A stretch of DNA of 62,531 nt, counting the filler, from Aduncisulcus paluster (Eukaryota), in NCBI GenBank assembly GCA_024181965.1. It is 7 parts of 7 records of this genome, joined end to end, with 100 filler letters (N's around TTAATTAATTAA, not from the genome) between each part and the next. Parts side by side here need not be neighbours in the genome. Positions count along the whole stretch, not along the records: positions 56,511 to 62,531 come from BQXS01013851.1; 6 more parts are not named here. One strand, written 5' to 3'. Every line of letters starts with the position of its first letter. Positions within the stretch are counted from its first letter, which is position 1. A model generated the notes under the pieces. The model saw nothing but the letters and a program-made list of their open reading frames with translations, was not told where the DNA came from and ran no database searches. The translations under genes were made by a program, and so were the position numbers. Shown here one piece after another: positions 58,557 through 62,531 of the stretch.

Positions 58557-60101
58557 ATGGCTTCTGATGTTTTATCGGAGAAGATTCTTCGTGATAGTAG
58601 TCCAACTATAACTTTCAAACCTCATATAGATAGAACAGTATGTTCATTTTGATATTTATTGGAAATCTTTCTTTTTTTCAATTATTCTTGATTATTTTAC
58701 ATTATAAGTTTTTAGAGTTTTACTAGTTGTGATTTTCATCCCACTGGAAATTGTTTACTTTCGATTTGTCAAGGTTCTTTAAGTTTTTTTGATATTATCA
58801 CTGGGACTCCCCTTTCGGCACTTCCATCGTGTCTAATTGATCCTGAAATCACTTGTGGAACATGGATAAGTGGTAGGGATAGTCCTATGGCCACAAATAT
58901 AGCTGTAAATCACTCATCAAATAGTATTGATCTTTTTGACATGAGATCAGGTAAAATATCGCTTCGTTATTCCGATTGCCACTCGAAACCTATCAGAAAT
59001 ATTAATAGGGGAGGATCATATTCCTCTAATTGGTATAATTTCAGTACAGATAGTCATGATGCTCAGTCAAGTGTTTGGGATGTGCGATCACAGAGCGGCC
59101 CGGTCTCAAAGATCAAAGTTAAGCCACCTTCAAGTAAGCTAGCCTCCAAAATAGATGGTTTTTATATCTCTTCGACTTTTAATTGTTCCAACTCAACGAT
59201 GGTTGTTGGTTTGGGCCATTCCATCCGTTATTATTCAAGCAATATTGATTTAATTGATCTTAAAGACCCCTTTTCATTTGGTTTGACTCGCCGTCACGCA
59301 TATGGATACTGCCATTCTGATGATGGTCTCTCTACACGCCGATCTCTTTCTCAAGGATCTATTTTTATCCAGAATGAGTACAATATCAGTGACCTCGTGA
59401 CAAAGAATATCCTCTCCGTTTCTATGTCGCCAACAACAGACTCGTTGCTCTCCATAACTCAATGTGACACCAGAGATGTGATTATTCTCAAAAAATCTAA
59501 ATATGGATCCAAATTACCATCGGGCTCTATTTCCTCTCCTTCTTCCTCTCGTCCTTCCTCTCCCTCTTCTTCTCGCTCTTCTTCTCGCTCTTCTTCTTCT
59601 TCTTCTTCTTCTCCATCTGATGTCCCGACAAGCTCGTTCATTCCAACAGGCATGGCGAAGAAATCCCCCATAGACGATGACAAGAATCCGAATGTCCTTG
59701 CATACCAATGCAATGTGAGGGATGAGGATTTGTATGATATTTATAGATCTATCTCAAAACCATCGGCCGATGGCACTGCTTTCTCTATCTCTGACGCTAT
59801 TATCGATGGTAGAGGTGCATTTAAGAAGTCAGATGACAAAGATTGTGCGAGGAGAAAGAGGAGGAAGGTTCCCAAACAAACTTGGAATACTTGTTTTTCG
59901 CCCAATGAAAGGTTTTTATTCTCGTCATGCGGGTCTGACGGAGTCGTGTGTTTTGAATTAGGAGATGAAACAAAACCCAAAGGATTTAGATTGGGACAAT
60001 TCCACCAACCTCCACTGGCATTCAATGTCAAATGTCATCCTACTCTTAATATGATTGCAGTAGCAGGAGAAAGATTATCAATTTATACTCCAGGTATATG
60101 A
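58557..60101 (+). CDS. WD40-repeat protein, two exons (58557-58637, 58716-60101)
   Basis: 78-bp GTATGT...TTAG intron containing an in-frame stop; spliced product FKPHIDRT/SFTSCDFHPTGNCLL; WD motifs IDLFD, SSVWD, CFSPNERFL, CHPTLNMIAVAG. Confidence 0.85.
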
Positions 60102-60332
60102 TAGCATCAATATATATTTAATTTATTAAAATTTATAAATAATTTTCAGCGATATCAAAAAGTCGACTTATCTCGGTTATTAATAAGTAAATTCAGACTT
60201 TGGTCTAAAATTTAATCATACAAAGTATTTTTTCTCAAGTCTTTTATAATATATTTCCAAAAAGGATTTCCTTTGAATTCTTGGAAAAATCACTGATTTG
60301 ACTCTGTTTTTCGCAGTGCATATTCATTTTCA

Positions 60333-61790
60333 ATGATCCATTTTAATTTATTTTTTATATTCGTATTTATTATATCCATTCAATTTTCCTTATCATTACA
60401 ATTTGATCCTACAAATTACATTCCTATCTATGCAAGTTATGTTTTTAGGCATGGAGATAGAACAGCATTATGGCCTTTAGATCCAGCATATGAAACTGAC
60501 GAATGGGACAATATGGTTGGAAATAGATCTACTGGTCAATTAACTCAAATGGGTCTTCAACAAGCATATTCAAAAGGTAAAACTTTCTATAATAATCTAT
60601 CAAATCAAGATGATACATCATTAAATCTTTTACCAACTTCATATAATTTTTCTACGGTTCAATTCCGTGCTACTGGAGTTGATAGGACTTTAATGACCGG
60701 TTATGGTATTTTAGCTTCAATTTTTGATGGAAATGATTCTGCTGCCATTCCTAATAACTCTCAACCTGTTCCAATCCATGCGGTTTTGAAGACTGACGAC
60801 TCTCTACTCCGTCCATATGATATGTGCCAAAAACTCGAAGATCTTCACAATTCCCTTGATGATATCCCCGATCTTTGGGCCGAGTATGAGCAAAGAAAAG
60901 ACATTCTCGATGAAATCAGTGATAAGATCGGTACTGATTGTACTGGTCCTTCCACAGTTCAAAGTGCTCTGTATGACCCCCTAACATGCGACCATTCCCA
61001 TGGGTATCTGCCTATGGATGTCACGGAAGATGAGTATAGTCAGGTCGTCGATATGTTTAACATTGTTGAATCATATGAGTTTTCTACTGCCTCGCCCTAT
61101 TATCAGCTTTATTCCTGCAATTTCTTGCAAGAATTATATTCTCACATTGAGACTCTCTTCGTTGATGAGGCCCCTACTGCTGATGCTCATTTTTATTTTG
61201 CCCATGATTCCACCCTCATGGCTTTTAGAGCAGGCCTTGGAATAACACCTGAAAAAGTGCCTGAGTATGTCGCTCACCTTGGTTATGAAGTTCTCCGGCA
61301 ATCTACAACACCATTTCGGCCGTCTTGGGTGACTGATCGTGTCAGTATGAAAGGTACAAATATGGCCGATTTCTACATTCGTCTTGTGTTCGGAGACAAC
61401 TCAGATTCGTACGACGGCATTACTTTCTCATCTCCATTTATAGACGAGTACGTTAAGAGTCTTGGTGGTGCTGGCGAGACTTTACCTGAGGGTTACTATA
61501 GGTTGGACCATTTCATGCAATATATAGAGACTCAAGTGTGGGATGAGGATAAATTTAACGAACAATGCGGGAACTTGGAAGATAACGAGGGAATGAAATG
61601 GTACTGGGGATTTATTATAGGTATAGCCATTGCAGGAGTCGTAATTTCTGCAGGATTCTTTATTAGGCATTGTATTGAACAGAAAAAGTATGCCAAGATG
61701 GATAATTACTTTAAATTATCAAGAGGATCAGTCGATGGAATCATGCATGATCAGTCAGCTCATGAAGACATCAGTCCACTTGTGGAGTGA
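60333..61790 (+). CDS. Histidine acid phosphatase, lysosomal type I membrane protein
   Basis: Signal peptide, RHGDRT, GQLT..G, RTLMT, AHDSTL, transmembrane helix WYWGFIIGIAIAGVVISAGFFI, tail motifs YAKM and YFKL. Confidence 0.95.
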   Translation: MIHFNLFFIFVFIISIQFSLSLQFDPTNYIPIYASYVFRHGDRTALWPLDPAYETDEWDNMVGNRSTGQLTQMGLQQAYSKGKTFYNNLSNQDDTSLNLLPTSYNFSTVQFRATGVDRTLMTGYGILASIFDGNDSAAIPNNSQPVPIHAVLKTDDSLLRPYDMCQKLEDLHNSLDDIPDLWAEYEQRKDILDEISDKIGTDCTGPSTVQSALYDPLTCDHSHGYLPMDVTEDEYSQVVDMFNIVESYEFSTASPYYQLYSCNFLQELYSHIETLFVDEAPTADAHFYFAHDSTLMAFRAGLGITPEKVPEYVAHLGYEVLRQSTTPFRPSWVTDRVSMKGTNMADFYIRLVFGDNSDSYDGITFSSPFIDEYVKSLGGAGETLPEGYYRLDHFMQYIETQVWDEDKFNEQCGNLEDNEGMKWYWGFIIGIAIAGVVISAGFFIRHCIEQKKYAKMDNYFKLSRGSVDGIMHDQSAHEDISPLVE

Positions 61791-62134
61791 TATATATAAT
61801 TATCTTTCCGTTTTGTGGCAGCTGAACTTGTGAGGATAGCCAGTTTTGCGTATTGTTGAGCCTTTGAAAAACTCATTTTGAGGGTATGGGATCAAAAGAT
61901 AGAAGAAGTCACAGAGTGAAAAAGAAATCTCATTTGTTTCAAAGGGATTGATTTATTTGTACCGGGTTTAATTTAAAAATGAATTCGGCTGATCTAATCA
62001 AAATAAATATTAATGCCATTTTCGAAGCTTCTATATTTGTGGTTCAATCCCTATTGGGGATTCTCACTGAAAATGGCTTCATTTCTTGCTGTTGCCAAAT
62101 TTATCTCAGATATCAACCATATAAAGCGAAACAA

Positions 62135-62531
62135 ATGGAAACTGTAAAACTATTTATTGGAAAGTTACCACCCTCTTATTCTGTCCCAGACCTTAAAGAA
62201 TGTTTCCGTGCGTTCTTTGTTGAAACGTATGTTATTTTCACTGTAATCTGCTGTATATGAAGTATTAAAACGATTCTTATTTATTTTACTCGATTTTACC
62301 CATGTATCAATATTATTTCTGCAGTGGCCACATCACACCCATATTTCGGAAGCGTATCGCTTTCACTACTTGTAATACAGATGATCCTGAAGGTCTCATT
62401 GCAAGACTCGATCAGAATATCACCTTTCATGGTCATAAACTCAAAGTTGCTCGCGATCGTGGAAAGACGGGGAGAAGACCGTATCCTCATAAACCTCCAA
62501 GAATTCCCTCACCACGTATTGATGGAACTCC
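62135..62531 (+). CDS. RRM RNA-binding protein, two exons (62135-62226, 62325->end), 3'-partial
   Basis: 98-bp GTATGT...TGCAG intron; spliced product KLFIGKLP(RNP2)...VET/GHITPIFRKRIAFTTC(RNP1)...FHGHKLKVAR. Confidence 0.85.

Overview
AT-rich eukaryotic (protist) DNA in the standard genetic code, gene-dense and intron-poor. The window is seven unrelated scaffolds joined by artificial 100-bp linkers (N44-TTAATTAATTAA-N44): 1-10652, 10753-23785, 23886-32280, 32381-42894, 42995-50259, 50360-56410, 56511-62531. Twelve internal 20-N gaps are mostly flanked by redundant, probably artefactual duplications. Gene style and the expanded families resemble a free-living fornicate such as Aduncisulcus paluster (my inference from recall, not verified). 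Recognisable genes: a bacterial-type PRPP synthetase, long-chain acyl-CoA synthetase, the C-terminus of coatomer alpha (missed by the ORF track), DPH7-like WD40, HID1, an EGF-repeat surface protein, a lysosomal-type acid phosphatase, and two GTATGT-intron genes (WD40, RRM). Main observations: (1) a 1.46-kb DNA-transposon-like element with an exact target-site duplication, an Ac-like right end and a decayed OTU + 9-Cys CXC cargo, inserted in a family gene; (2) a nine-locus, two-subfamily beta-rich domain family with conserved framework, hypervariable loops and a shared C-terminal E[RKQ]LSxxxW tail; (3) a helical-repeat family with variable unit number, kinase linkage and a CaaX end; (4) a non-coding (TCTAW4TAGA)x2 motif found five times downstream of family genes, twice as pairs exactly 255 bp apart.
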